From contig JABCTZ010000019.1 in assembly GCA_018238155.1 (NCBI GenBank), forward strand, positions 1 through 64,000: 64,000 nt of DNA. Direction: 5' to 3'. This stretch comes from Candidatus Heimdallarchaeota archaeon. Lineage in GTDB: Archaea > Asgardarchaeota > Heimdallarchaeia > JABLTI01. A program made the position numbers and the translations under genes. The notes under the pieces are model-generated. The model saw only the letters and a program-made list of their open reading frames with translations, did not search any database and was not told where the DNA came from. Below are positions 28,562-39,819 of this stretch, one piece after another; within the stretch, counting starts at the first letter, position 1; each line of letters opens with the position of its first letter.

Positions 28562-29077
28562 CTATGAGAGCTCTGCATCATCATTTTTCATTTTTATTTG
28601 TCTTTGCAATTGGAGCTCTAATTTTCTAAAAGTTTGTGAACTAACTATTTTTCCGCTTTCATCTCTATGATATGGTATTGCAATTGCAATAAGCTCTTCA
28701 ATGTCATTCTCTCGACGTATATCGTTTATCTCAAGAAGCTTGCCATATGTCTCAGGACTGAGAACAATAAATTCTAATTCGGGAATTTCATCTGCATATT
28801 GAGTTGCTTTGGATAGCTCTCTAATATCTATTCTATCATCTATTACTCCCAAGGAGTGTAAATAATCTCTTACATCACCTGCACGTTTTTCAAAAGGATA
28901 GATTAAATCAGGTATCTCTTTTCCTCTTCGTGCAAGATCATCACTTGTGATGCCAATGAGCACTCTTTCAGATAATTTAAAAGCTACTTTCAATAGAAGT
29001 TTATGACCACCATGTACTCTATCAAAGGTACCACCTAAGCACCCATATTTAAAATGACATTTCTTTGCTTCGGGCAA
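28562..29077 (-). CDS. coaD: Phosphopantetheine adenylyltransferase
   Basis: GGTFDRVHGGH, SPET, IVSS. Confidence 0.85.
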   Translation of the reverse strand: MPEAKKCHFKYGCLGGTFDRVHGGHKLLLKVAFKLSERVLIGITSDDLARRGKEIPDLIYPFEKRAGDVRDYLHSLGVIDDRIDIRELSKATQYADEIPELEFIVLSPETYGKLLEINDIRRENDIEELIAIAIPYHRDESGKIVSSQTFRKLELQLQRQIKMKNDDAELS

Positions 29078-29234
29078 ATCATTTCCTCACAGTTAGTAAT
29101 TGTTTGAGAATACTAATTATTCGTTGTATTCTAAATTTAATTTCATTCTGCGTTCAAAAAAGCTTCAAGTGTATTTAATTTCTTTGTTTCCTCTCCTATG
29201 TGTAAAGAAGAGAGAAAAAGGAAGCTCCACTTCC

Positions 29235-30155
29235 TTAAAAGCTTCTTTTTGGAAGGGATGCTGCAGAAAACAGTACTCCCATAAATGCTACTACACCTGA
29301 AACAAAAGATAGGAATGGTGCCAACCAAGTTGGTAATGAATCATGTGACGGTAAACTATCTGCATTATTTGACATTGTCTCAATTGCAGTAATTGCCTTA
29401 TCAGATAAAGTGCAGTACAGTACTCCAAACAACAATATACCTATGAATACACCGGCAATAACAAATGATGTTGGACTATTATAGCCTTTTGCTCTAGCAC
29501 CTGTGCTGAGTGCAATAGCACCAATTAATCCAATAAACCAGAATATTAGTAACCAATATGCCTTTCTAATGTGTATTACAACAACAATTTGCAAGGTCAA
29601 AGAAATACTAATTAAAATTCCACCAATAAGGGCACCTGGCTTGACACCTTTCATTTGTTTGTTAGTGCCTGTTATGATGAACAAGAAGGACGCAGCAACC
29701 ATAATTGCCGATAGAGAGGAAAATCCCACTGCTCCAATGACCCAATAGCTATTTCCGAGTTCAAGGGAATCTACAATATTATCCCATTGAAAGAGTATGA
29801 AATATATTGTAAGAGATATAATTGCACCAAATCCAATACCTGATATTGTGAAATGCTCCATTTTCTCACTTTCCCCAAAAGCAGTTCCGCCCCAAATGTA
29901 AAATCCACCTGCAATAAATCCTGCTCCTAAAATGAATAGTAACCACCAAAATTGAGCAATTTCTAATAGAGTAACAACTTGTAATGCAAGTGCAATTGCA
30001 ATAATAAATCCACCAATGATTGAACCAGGTTTGACCATTTTTTTATCGATAGCTCCAACAATAGTCTTTAACAGAGAATGAGCTGAAAAACTAAAAAAGG
30101 TTTGCATTCGAAAAAGTAAAGAGTTTGATGTTGATAGAAATAATTTATTTGCCAT
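29235..30155 (-). CDS. Multi-pass membrane protein with an internal duplication
   Basis: VKPG..IGG..I.I...LQ occurs twice; the start is probably MVKPG. Confidence 0.65.
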   Translation of the reverse strand: MANKLFLSTSNSLLFRMQTFFSFSAHSLLKTIVGAIDKKMVKPGSIIGGFIIAIALALQVVTLLEIAQFWWLLFILGAGFIAGGFYIWGGTAFGESEKMEHFTISGIGFGAIISLTIYFILFQWDNIVDSLELGNSYWVIGAVGFSSLSAIMVAASFLFIITGTNKQMKGVKPGALIGGILISISLTLQIVVVIHIRKAYWLLIFWFIGLIGAIALSTGARAKGYNSPTSFVIAGVFIGILLFGVLYCTLSDKAITAIETMSNNADSLPSHDSLPTWLAPFLSFVSGVVAFMGVLFSAASLPKRSF

Positions 30156-30418
30156 TTATTCTTCAAGTTACTTATGAAAACTAAGTCAGGAAAACAAAGA
30201 AAAATATGAACCTCAATACTCTACCAGATAAACTATTTTAGTAAAAAGTTTGGTTTTCAGGTCAATTAAATAGTGCTAAATCAAAAGCTAAAAATATGCT
30301 ATTACCCTAATAATAATCAAAGTAAATCTTAAAGACACAAAGATTGCTCAAAAGAAGCATTTTTGCTATTTAGAAAGCTTTTATTTAGTGAACGTAAAAT
30401 ATTGTGTTATTAGAATAA

Positions 30419-31048
30419 ATGGATGGAAAAATTACTATGGTATTTGGAAAATTCGCTCGCTGGTTAGGCGGCGGTAAATCTACTCGAGATTATATTATTG
30501 ATTTGAAAATGGTAAATAAACGACTATCCCGAACTTCAAGAAAACTTGAAAATGACGAAGCAAAGATTCAACGAAAAACACGTGAAGCGATGCGTAAGGG
30601 ATTAATGGATCAAGCACGACTTTATGCATCCAATGTAGCTAGAAATCGTAAATGGGTTTACAGTTACACTCGCTTAACAACCCGAATTGAAGGAATAATT
30701 TTCAGATTAGAACAAGCAGATTCTGTTCAACAACTCGCAGGTGAACTGAAAGGAATGGCAGGAGCTCTTCGTGAAGTAAATGCAACATTAAATGCACCTG
30801 AAATTTCTTCTTTGATTAGTGATTTGGAGAATTCCTTTGAAGGAATTGAAATGACCACTGATATGATGGATGAAGGTTTTGAAGACATGATGTCATTGGA
30901 TGTTGATGAAACTGACGTAGATAAAATAATGGGTGAAATTGGTACTGAAATTGGATTAGGTGCTGAAACCGGTTTGCCTACCCCTGATATCCGCTCATCT
31001 GAATTAGCTAAAGAAATAGAAGAATTACGTAAAGAAAAAGAAACGTAA
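30419..31048 (+). CDS. ESCRT-III protein (Snf7 family, Vps2/24/46 group)
   Basis: Basic N-terminal coiled coil, ARLYA....R, acidic C-terminal half. Confidence 0.85.
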   Translation: MDGKITMVFGKFARWLGGGKSTRDYIIDLKMVNKRLSRTSRKLENDEAKIQRKTREAMRKGLMDQARLYASNVARNRKWVYSYTRLTTRIEGIIFRLEQADSVQQLAGELKGMAGALREVNATLNAPEISSLISDLENSFEGIEMTTDMMDEGFEDMMSLDVDETDVDKIMGEIGTEIGLGAETGLPTPDIRSSELAKEIEELRKEKET

Positions 31049-31235
31049 TTCATTCATTTTTTATCACAATCCTCCTTATCTTAGTGTAGATGTCCACTGA
31101 CTGATGGACAATCAGTTTTTTTTACTGCTGAACATCTTATTCTTTCTATTTTTTGTAAAAAGAATTTGTTTTTGTTTACCTCAGCAATAATGTTTTTTTA
31201 GGTAGAGAGCTTAAATTAATGAGATTATATAATAT

Positions 31236-32162
31236 TTGATTCAATTATTTGTGGTGAATACCTTGTCCGTTTCTAAAGATGATCCCCAAAAAATCTTAAT
31301 TACAGGTCTACCTGGTGCCGGTGTAAAAACAATCAAAGCTGTTGTTGTTGATAATATTCCTCCTAAGGATATGAAAGCAGCAATAGAACGATTAGACATT
31401 GGCAATTCTTTACGAGATATTTTACAACAACGTGTACTGTTTCTCCCGTGTGGTGGTGAGAATAATATCCAAGATGTAATCGATCGTGATAGTGATCCAA
31501 TATACCAACATGTTCAAGCATTAGTTTTTGTATTAGATGTTACTGAACAATCAAGCTACTCAATAGCTAAATATTGGTTTGATGCATTTGTGAAACATTT
31601 ACATAAATTTAGCAAAGATGCGCGGATTTTTCTTCTCCTTAACAAAGTAGACTTACTCGCTGAAAATGATAATGCTTCTGATATCATTCGTGCAACAAAA
31701 AATCTCTTTATTACTCCCGGCTTAGATATCTTTATTCATGAAACTAGCATTTTTGACGCTTCAACTTATTTAGCATTTAAAGATATGCTGACTAAAGAAA
31801 CGGATGATCAAGTTTCAATAAAACAATATCTAAATCGCTTTGTGAAAGATTCTTGTTATAGTGGTCTCGCTGTTTATTCTAATGATGGATTGCCTATATA
31901 TGAAGTAGGAGTACTTCCACCTTTAGTGGACTTTTCTGCAAATGTTATCTTGGGTTCAATTGAACGAATTGTTGAAGAACTTGATGCTGGAGATGGAATA
32001 AGTTCAACAATAATACAACTGAAAACTAATATTTTTATTGTATTCAAAGCAGTAAATCAAAAGAGTATCTTTGTAGGTTTAAGCAAAAAACGACCAAAAC
32101 TAGGTCAAATGCTTATTGAATCAGATCAAATCGTAGAAGTATTGAGGAAATCAATGAGTTAA
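31236..32162 (+). CDS. Rag/Gtr-like small GTPase with C-terminal roadblock-like domain; degenerate G1/G3
   Basis: GLPGAGVKT, PCGGE, LVFVLD, NKVD, TSIFD; C-terminal AVYSNDGLPIY. Confidence 0.7.
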   Translation: MIQLFVVNTLSVSKDDPQKILITGLPGAGVKTIKAVVVDNIPPKDMKAAIERLDIGNSLRDILQQRVLFLPCGGENNIQDVIDRDSDPIYQHVQALVFVLDVTEQSSYSIAKYWFDAFVKHLHKFSKDARIFLLLNKVDLLAENDNASDIIRATKNLFITPGLDIFIHETSIFDASTYLAFKDMLTKETDDQVSIKQYLNRFVKDSCYSGLAVYSNDGLPIYEVGVLPPLVDFSANVILGSIERIVEELDAGDGISSTIIQLKTNIFIVFKAVNQKSIFVGLSKKRPKLGQMLIESDQIVEVLRKSMS

Positions 32163-32168
32163 GAAAAA

Positions 32169-32993
32169 CTAGATTTCTCCTTTGAAGATTGTTCCAAACT
32201 CTTCTTGTTTGAGAATTTCTAATTCTGGGAGATCTATAGATATTTCTTCCATTATTCTTCTTCTTATTTTTCCCAATAATGCATTTTCTAAAATTCTCCG
32301 TGAGAGATGTATGTAGGGTATCTTGCTTAAATGCAAGTTGTGTAGAGATTCGTAATCAATATCACCAAAGATTATAGCATTAATTTTTGTTTTCTCTTTA
32401 ATCTTGTAGATGATATCCTTGTTAGTAATTTCATTAAAAAGTGCTACGCCTTTAATAGACGATTGATCGTACCCTGAATATCTAAAGGGACATTCTAATT
32501 GTTGATACAGAAGTTGAACCAAATCTTTTAACTTTATTTTGGTTTTCCTCTCACCATACCTACAAACAATTTTTCTATTATTGTGTAAATTATCGATGAA
32601 GTCAATCTCTATTTTATGGCGATAATCGAAATTAAGCATACTTAAGAAATAGTCAAAACCACCTTGCTCTGAAAATAACCAGCCCTCACCAAATGAATAA
32701 ACAGCAATTTTATTCCTAATTAGATTTTGTAATAAATCCATTTTAATTGGTGGTATTTCAATCGAATCGCTCTTTGTAAAAGAGGGGGGGTATATGGTGA
32801 TGATAATTTTCGCATTATCTTTCATAGCAGTAGCAATAACTTTTCGTGTTAAATGGGCTGCGATAAGACACTTTCGTATATTTGTTTTTGAAAGTCTAAT
32901 CCATTCTCCACCCAAGATTACTCCGCTAGTTTGACTATCTTTTGAGCTTGATTCGCCTTTCATTTTATCTAATAATGTAAATATTTGAGACAT
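32169..32993 (-). CDS. Divergent NIF3/DUF34-like protein
   Basis: I.KC.IA..LT..VI..A......IIT..P, L....IAVYS; metal-binding His residues absent. Confidence 0.5.
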   Translation of the reverse strand: MSQIFTLLDKMKGESSSKDSQTSGVILGGEWIRLSKTNIRKCLIAAHLTRKVIATAMKDNAKIIITIYPPSFTKSDSIEIPPIKMDLLQNLIRNKIAVYSFGEGWLFSEQGGFDYFLSMLNFDYRHKIEIDFIDNLHNNRKIVCRYGERKTKIKLKDLVQLLYQQLECPFRYSGYDQSSIKGVALFNEITNKDIIYKIKEKTKINAIIFGDIDYESLHNLHLSKIPYIHLSRRILENALLGKIRRRIMEEISIDLPELEILKQEEFGTIFKGEI

Positions 32994-33222
32994 TTTCTAC
33001 ACAGCTTTATCTTTAAACAACAATCAAATGATTTCTAATTAGATGTTAACTTCTTCTTTTTTTAAGGTTTCATGATGGGCAGAGGTAACTGAAAGAAATA
33101 TAGTAAAAAAAGTAGTTTTTTATCATTGAGAAATCTTAAAAGAGCTAAAGTTTATATTTAAATTTCGAGGTCACTAGTAACTCGGATAAAAAAAAAGCAT
33201 CCATTTGGAAGTAGTTTAAAAC

Positions 33223-34650
33223 ATGACTGAAAATCCTTTGCATAAATTTTTCCAAGCGAAGAGTATGGCTATTTTTGGTGCATCTGTTTCTAAGGATAAA
33301 CCAGGTTTTGTTATTGCTGAAAATTTTATTAATAATTTTAATGGCAAAACAATCTTAGTCAATCCCAAAGGAGGAGAGATATTAGGACATCCTGTTTTCA
33401 AATCCTTAGAAGAAGTAGAGGACACAGTTGAAGCTGCAATAATTATCGTTCCTGCGAAATATGTCCCAGCTGCAATGGAAGATTGCGCTAAAAAGGGAGT
33501 AAAATCTGTTACGATAATATCTGGCGGTTTTAAGGAAATCGGTGAAGAAGGAATTAAATTACAACAACGCATTGATACTATTGCCAAAGAACATGATATC
33601 AGAATTATCGGACCAAATTGTATTGGTTTGTTCTATCCTAAAAGAGGATTAGATATGGTTTTCTTACCTGAGGAAAAACTAAAAAGGCCAACAGAAGGAG
33701 GAATATCAATTCTGTCACAAAGTGGCGCATTTGGTTCTGCATTCCTAGATGTTATGGGTTCATTGGGAAAAGGTAATTACCTCTCAAAATTTATTAGCTT
33801 TGGAAATGCTTCAGATATCAATGAGGCAGATATACTCGAGTATTTTGGTGAAGACCCTGAAACAAAAGTCATTCTTATTTATCTTGAAGGATTTAAGAAT
33901 GGACGAAAATTCATAGAAACAGCACGTAAAGTTTCATTAAAGAAACCGATTATTGCAATAAAAGCCAATAGGACAGAAGCTGGAGCACAAGCGGTTGCAA
34001 GTCATACTGCTTCTTTAGCAGCGAATGATGATGTCACAGATGCTCTTTTCAAAGAAGCAGGAATTATAAGAGCATACACTTGGGATGATCTATTTGATTG
34101 TATGAAAGCATTCAATAGCACATTATTACCTAATGGAAATCAAGTTATTGTGATCACTGATGGAGGAGGTGCAGGAGTGATGGCTTCAGATGCTATTGGA
34201 ATGTTAGGTCTTGAGTTAGCTGATTTATCTCCTGAGATTGAAAAGAAAATGAAGGAAGATTTACCACCATATTTCTCTGTTGCGAATCCTATTGATTTAA
34301 CCGGAAGTGCTACAGCAAAAGAATATCTATATGCTTTGGAACAAACAATAAACGATCCTGCAGTAGATGCAATTACTTATATTATCATACCAACCCCCCC
34401 CGCAATAAATGTAAAAGAATTGATGGACGGATTGAAACCATATGCAAAAACCATCAATAAAACAGTTACTTTCTGTGCTATTGGTGGAGAAGAAGCCGCT
34501 TATATTCGAGAAGAATTAGAGCAAATGAATTTTCCCTTTTTCCCAACACCGGCAAGAGCGGTTTATGCAATTGATAAATTAGCTGAATATGCAGATTATC
34601 TGCGAACCCATGGGCAAAAATTGCCTGTTATTAGGGAGATACCAAAATAA
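33223..34650 (+). CDS. acdA: ADP-forming acyl-CoA synthetase, alpha subunit
   Basis: GPNCIG, SQSGA, SHTASLA phospho-His, NPIDLTG. Confidence 0.9.
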   Translation: MTENPLHKFFQAKSMAIFGASVSKDKPGFVIAENFINNFNGKTILVNPKGGEILGHPVFKSLEEVEDTVEAAIIIVPAKYVPAAMEDCAKKGVKSVTIISGGFKEIGEEGIKLQQRIDTIAKEHDIRIIGPNCIGLFYPKRGLDMVFLPEEKLKRPTEGGISILSQSGAFGSAFLDVMGSLGKGNYLSKFISFGNASDINEADILEYFGEDPETKVILIYLEGFKNGRKFIETARKVSLKKPIIAIKANRTEAGAQAVASHTASLAANDDVTDALFKEAGIIRAYTWDDLFDCMKAFNSTLLPNGNQVIVITDGGGAGVMASDAIGMLGLELADLSPEIEKKMKEDLPPYFSVANPIDLTGSATAKEYLYALEQTINDPAVDAITYIIIPTPPAINVKELMDGLKPYAKTINKTVTFCAIGGEEAAYIREELEQMNFPFFPTPARAVYAIDKLAEYADYLRTHGQKLPVIREIPK

Positions 34651-35370
34651 TTGGAGGAAAACAAATTGGCAGATACAAAAAATATACCAGAACCATTTGC
34701 TACAGCATATAAAGAAGGACGCTCTTTTCTATTAGAGCATGAAGCCCTCAAAGTTTTTGAAAACGTTGGAATTGTTTTCCCACCGAACATGCTTGCAAAT
34801 AATGTTGATGAAGCAGTGACTTTTGCTAAGGAAATTGGTTTTCCCGTTGTAATTAAAGCAATGTCACCAAAAATTCTACACAAGTCAGACTATCACGCAG
34901 TGGTTATTGGTATTGATTCTGAAGTAGCACTAGAGAACCAATTTAATGATATGAAATCACGTTTGAAAAAACATGATTTAGTTGGTATTCTTGTTGAAAA
35001 GCAAGTGAAGAAAGGTACGGAAATTCTAATTGGAATGAATATCGATCCAACTTTTGGTCCTGTTGTTGCATTTGGTATTGGAGGAATCCTAGTTGAAGTA
35101 ATAAGTGATGTTTCATTTAGATTGTGTCCAACAACAAAACAACGTGCTTTACGTTTGATTAGTGATATAAAAACGCAAAAAATGCTCAATGGATTTAGAG
35201 GATTACCTCCAGTAGATAGAGAGCCATTAGCTGAAATGATTGTTAAAGTATCCCAAATAGCTGTTGACTTAGACAAATATATCAAAGAAATTGATTTGAA
35301 TCCTGTAATAGCCAATGAGGATGGCATATTTGGCGTAGATGCGAGAATAATTCTAAAAAAACTCGATTAA
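34651..35370 (+). CDS. acdB: ADP-forming acyl-CoA synthetase, beta (ATP-grasp) subunit
   Basis: GFPVVIK, HKSD, FGPVVAFGIGG, EIDLNPV, VDARI. Confidence 0.9.
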   Translation: MEENKLADTKNIPEPFATAYKEGRSFLLEHEALKVFENVGIVFPPNMLANNVDEAVTFAKEIGFPVVIKAMSPKILHKSDYHAVVIGIDSEVALENQFNDMKSRLKKHDLVGILVEKQVKKGTEILIGMNIDPTFGPVVAFGIGGILVEVISDVSFRLCPTTKQRALRLISDIKTQKMLNGFRGLPPVDREPLAEMIVKVSQIAVDLDKYIKEIDLNPVIANEDGIFGVDARIILKKLD

Positions 35371-35373
35371 TTC

Positions 35374-36456
35374 TCACTTCTTCCCTTTTCTTCTTTTTTT
35401 ATCCGGTTCTTTGTAGTTGTTTAGAAATTCATATACTTCTTTCATTAGAATTGATGGTTGAAGAATCGGTATTTCCACTGTTGGTTTGAAATCATTTTCC
35501 TCGGATTTAGATAAGAAACATCTCATTTCATTTTTTGTTAAAGAATCACTAACAAAAGCTCTACTTAAATTCTTTAATCTATGAGCATTTGACAGCTGCT
35601 CAAAATTATTAGTATGTGGTATCATCCAAATATTTTTCTTTGCTATACATGCTTCCCAAGCTAAATTGAACCCTGCATTACCAATAACGTTTTTACATGA
35701 AGTTAAATCTTTAAGAAATCCATCTCGAGATGTCTTCTTAAAGAAAACGTTGTTGCATTTTTCATTAATATTAAATCCATAAACATAAAATATTTCTCCT
35801 GGAAATGTTGATAAAACTTTAATTATTTCATCTTTATCACATCTTGCAAGATACACTAGATTGTGCTTTTCATAAGTGATTTTAAGATCATTAAATTCAG
35901 ATTTCCAAATTAAAGGAAAAAGGCTGTGGTTGTCTACCGCTTGAATTTTATTAACAAAGTCAATTGAAAAACAATGAGAAAAATATGGTGCCATTATCCG
36001 TATAGCAAATTTCATTCCCATTTTTAGAATATTTTTTGCCGGAGCTTCATCATTCGCCGGATGAAAAAGAGATTGCTGATGATCAATACAAACAACGGGT
36101 TTTTTTAAAATCCTACCAACAACCGAAGATGTTGGTTCAAAATCAGTAAAGATTACATCATATTTCTCTGCATTAGTGATTTCTAAGAGGTCTCTTCTAC
36201 TTCTAGTTAGCTTGCCCATTGACCCTAAATTCACTTGTAATGTTTTTGAGACATCCACTTTGTTATCCTTATACATATCAATCGGACCGAGGCGATAAAA
36301 AGCCACAGGAGCAATATCATATGCATATTTTGGAGGTTCCTTTCCTGAAAAAAGGACATGTACTTCATGACCATCTTTCATTAACTCATTAATAATGACC
36401 CTAGAGCGATTAATATGTCCTTGACCATTTGTATTGATGCCATAAAGAATTTTCAT
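35374..36456 (-). CDS. MJ1255/VC2487-like glycosyltransferase
   Basis: MKILYG...GQGH.NRS, TDFEP, IDHQ, NAGF, EQ..NA. Confidence 0.85.
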   Translation of the reverse strand: MKILYGINTNGQGHINRSRVIINELMKDGHEVHVLFSGKEPPKYAYDIAPVAFYRLGPIDMYKDNKVDVSKTLQVNLGSMGKLTRSRRDLLEITNAEKYDVIFTDFEPTSSVVGRILKKPVVCIDHQQSLFHPANDEAPAKNILKMGMKFAIRIMAPYFSHCFSIDFVNKIQAVDNHSLFPLIWKSEFNDLKITYEKHNLVYLARCDKDEIIKVLSTFPGEIFYVYGFNINEKCNNVFFKKTSRDGFLKDLTSCKNVIGNAGFNLAWEACIAKKNIWMIPHTNNFEQLSNAHRLKNLSRAFVSDSLTKNEMRCFLSKSEENDFKPTVEIPILQPSILMKEVYEFLNNYKEPDKKRRKGKK

Positions 36457-36546
36457 ATGAAACAGCTATTACGAGGAAATATTTAAAGGATTACACAAAG
36501 TTTACGATTTACAATTAGATGAAAATCTTTCCTAGGTGTTTTTCTA

Positions 36547-38364
36547 TTGTCAAATAAGGATCTTGATACTGCTCGACTTTTAATTACTAAATATGGTTTG
36601 GAAAATGCTGTTCACCATAATGGTACTGCTAACGAGAAATCGGTTATGCAAAAAATAATGGCAACTCATCCTGAAATGAGAAAACTTTCCAAACAAATTA
36701 GCAATCTTATCGAAGAAATGGTTCCAATAATTAATGATCTTTCAACCAAAGAACAACAAGAACAGCTTTCAGAAATTGCTCCGGAACTGCTTGCAAAAAA
36801 AGAGTCTCAAAAAAGAATACGAGAGTTACCACCATTAAAAGATGCAGTGGATGGCAAAGTAATCACTCGTTATGCCCCCGAACCAAATGGTGAGATGCAT
36901 TTAGGTCATGCGTATACTGCTTTCTTTGCAGATTACTATGCTAAGAAATATCGTGGAACATTTGTCTTACGGTTTGAGGATACAAATCCAAAACAAGAAC
37001 GGGTAGAATATATGGATGCTCATCGAGAAGATTTGGATTGGTTAGGATTAGAGCCTACTAAGGAAGTAATCGTTTCAAATGATATGCTTGTTTTTTACGA
37101 AAAAGCAGTTGAGCTTATTGAGAAGAACTATGCATACACATGTATCTGTTCCGTTGATAAAATGAGAACATTGCGTGGAGAAATGAAATCTTGTGAACAC
37201 TCTAAGAATAATTCAACAGATACAATGAATGATTGGAAGAAAATGCTCGCAGGAGATTATAATGAGGGTGAAATAGTCTTGCGCTTAAGAAGCGATATGG
37301 AGAATAAAAATGCAGTAATGAGAGATCCGGCTATTTTCGCAATTAGAAAGGGAGATCATTGTCTCCAAGGAGAGAAATATTCCCTATGGCCACTATATGA
37401 TTTTGCTGTTGCAGTTGAGGATAATTTGTGTGGAATAACACATGTAGGGCGTAGTGCCGAATTTGATTCTAGAATTGAATTACAAAACAAAATACGTGAA
37501 TTATTAGGTTTACTACCACACCCTGACATTTTCCACTATGCGCGATTCAATGTTTTAGGTAGCCCCGCATCTAAGAGAAAAATCAAGCCTTTAGTAGAAG
37601 AAGGTAAAGTAGAGGGTTGGGATGATATTCGTTTAGTAACAATTAAAGGAATGAAGAAAAGAGGTATTGTTCCCGAGGCTATTAAACAAGTGATAAAAGA
37701 AGTAGGAATGACTACTCAACCAACAAATATCGATTGGAGCCTCCTAACAGCTACAAATAGGAAGATAATTGATTCATCATCTAATCGGTATTTCTTCGTA
37801 TCTGAACCAGTTGTTATCTATATTGAGGGTGCTCCTGAAAACAGAATCAGTAAAATGTTGCTACATCCTGATGATGCTAAGAGAGGTTCTAGGAAAATAA
37901 CAACAAATGGTCTTTTCTTAATTGATCAATCTGATTATGAAAATATGAAAGTAAATGATGAATTTAGACTAAAAGATCTTTACAATGTAAAATTGATTAA
38001 TAAGAAAATCAATCCTAATAAAATTGATTCTGTGAAAATAAGTGAAGAATTGAAATCTTTTCTGAAGCAATTTCCTGTACATTGTATTGGGAAATACTCT
38101 GGTGAAGAATTGAAACCCGGTCCAAAAATTCAATGGGTTGTTGCAGATGCTAAACAAACTGTTCTAGTTGAAGTAAAGGTGCCTGGTGTCTTATTCATTG
38201 ATGGCACATTCAACGAAAATAGTTTGAAAATTGAAACTGGTTATGCAGAAGCTGGTGTTGCAAAATTATTGCCTGATACTATAGTACAATTTGAAAGATA
38301 CGGTTTTGTTAGAGTAGATAAAGCAACCAAGAGCAAAATCTTTGTCAATCTTGCACACAAATAA
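36547..38364 (+). CDS. gltX: Glutamate-tRNA ligase (archaeal type)
   Basis: RYAPEPNG.MHLGH, RFEDTNP, SKRK, GWDD.RL.T, QFER.GF. Confidence 0.95.
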   Translation: MSNKDLDTARLLITKYGLENAVHHNGTANEKSVMQKIMATHPEMRKLSKQISNLIEEMVPIINDLSTKEQQEQLSEIAPELLAKKESQKRIRELPPLKDAVDGKVITRYAPEPNGEMHLGHAYTAFFADYYAKKYRGTFVLRFEDTNPKQERVEYMDAHREDLDWLGLEPTKEVIVSNDMLVFYEKAVELIEKNYAYTCICSVDKMRTLRGEMKSCEHSKNNSTDTMNDWKKMLAGDYNEGEIVLRLRSDMENKNAVMRDPAIFAIRKGDHCLQGEKYSLWPLYDFAVAVEDNLCGITHVGRSAEFDSRIELQNKIRELLGLLPHPDIFHYARFNVLGSPASKRKIKPLVEEGKVEGWDDIRLVTIKGMKKRGIVPEAIKQVIKEVGMTTQPTNIDWSLLTATNRKIIDSSSNRYFFVSEPVVIYIEGAPENRISKMLLHPDDAKRGSRKITTNGLFLIDQSDYENMKVNDEFRLKDLYNVKLINKKINPNKIDSVKISEELKSFLKQFPVHCIGKYSGEELKPGPKIQWVVADAKQTVLVEVKVPGVLFIDGTFNENSLKIETGYAEAGVAKLLPDTIVQFERYGFVRVDKATKSKIFVNLAHK

Positions 38365-38545
38365 TCAAACCAAAATTTCAAACCAGTGCTTTCCTTGACT
38401 TAGCTAGGGAATGCTTTATTTAATAAAGGTATTAATACTAAGATGCTCAATTACCAATTGTAGAAAGAAATCACTTTGGATATAAATGGCGGGATAAAAA
38501 ACGGACCCTTGGATTATATTTATAATAATATTTTGTATTACACTA

Positions 38546-39769
38546 TTGATTATTATTATTGCTTCTATAAGAAGAAAGAAGGGAAAAGACAAGAAAACAC
38601 CAACTAAAACAATTCAAGCTTATCTTGAATATGGTGATTTTGTGTCTGCTGGAAGTTTGTATTTGAAACAGAATAAACATGTTGAAGCTTCTAATCTCTA
38701 CTTTCAAATACCTCCTGAAAAAAGACCAAGTTATGAATCAATGATCGTTCAAAAACTAGGGCAACAAGGAGCCCAATTTTTTTGGATTAAAACAGGAAGA
38801 CGATTTGAACGCTCTAATCCTGAAAGAGCACAGATTTCCTTTTTACTTGCAAACGCTTATTTTGATGTCGTGAAAATGTATATTGATACAAATGACGTTT
38901 CTCGAGCAATTAATATTGTAACAAATAATATGCCTGTCAATCTTCGTGCTGGAACTGTAAGAAGATTAGCTCAATATGCTTTCAATAGAGGGAAGTATAC
39001 TATCGCTGGTGATCTTCTAAGAGCTATTAACTTAGGTGAGGAAGCAGATGCTATCCTCGCAGTAGCTGCTCATGAATATGGCGCAATTGAACGCCCACAA
39101 GTTGCTGCAGATATTTATGACTCGGTGGGACGACAAGATTTAGCCGGTGCTTCACAAGAACGTCAAGGTGAAATAGCTTTATCTGAAGGGCGTATTGAAG
39201 CAGCTAAATCTGCTTTTAAGAAAGCTGTAGAAGGTTATGATGGCTCTAATAAACCAAAAGATGCTCTGCGAGTGGAACAAAATTTAGAAAAGTTCGATTT
39301 ACTAGACCGTTTTAGAGAATACGTTACAAAAGGGCAAGTAGATAATGCTGAAGACATGATTGATGCAATATCCTCCAGTTTCCCTGGAATTGCAATTTCT
39401 GATTTATATGCCGAAATTGCTTCCGTTTTGGAGAAAAGCAATCGTACTACTGATGCTATTACATATTATGATAAAGCTGCAGATTCAACAAATAATCCAA
39501 TTAAGAGACAAAGCTATGTAAATTCTCTGCGCAGAATAGGATCACAAATTGCTGCTGAGCCTTCTAAAGGAGAAACTATTGCTACTGAAGATTTCTCAGA
39601 TAGATGTATTGTTTGTAGAGGTTTGATCCGCAAAGGAGATTCATATGTTCTGTGCCCCAATTGCAAGAAACCTGCTCATTACTCGCACTTTCTTGAATTT
39701 GTTAAAGTACGTGGTGTTTGTCCAAACTGTAATATACCTTTGAAGACAGACGATTTAAAAAACGAGTAA
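38546..39769 (+). CDS. TPR/alpha-solenoid protein with C-terminal RING-type zinc finger; likely N-terminal membrane anchor
   Basis: CIVC...CPNC...HYSH...CPNC; helical repeats; an in-frame hydrophobic stretch extends upstream to 38501. Confidence 0.75.
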   Translation: MIIIIASIRRKKGKDKKTPTKTIQAYLEYGDFVSAGSLYLKQNKHVEASNLYFQIPPEKRPSYESMIVQKLGQQGAQFFWIKTGRRFERSNPERAQISFLLANAYFDVVKMYIDTNDVSRAINIVTNNMPVNLRAGTVRRLAQYAFNRGKYTIAGDLLRAINLGEEADAILAVAAHEYGAIERPQVAADIYDSVGRQDLAGASQERQGEIALSEGRIEAAKSAFKKAVEGYDGSNKPKDALRVEQNLEKFDLLDRFREYVTKGQVDNAEDMIDAISSSFPGIAISDLYAEIASVLEKSNRTTDAITYYDKAADSTNNPIKRQSYVNSLRRIGSQIAAEPSKGETIATEDFSDRCIVCRGLIRKGDSYVLCPNCKKPAHYSHFLEFVKVRGVCPNCNIPLKTDDLKNE

Positions 39770-39819
39770 TCGCTACTTTAAAATTCATTATTTCTATTTC
39801 ATACTGCGGTTGTTGTATT

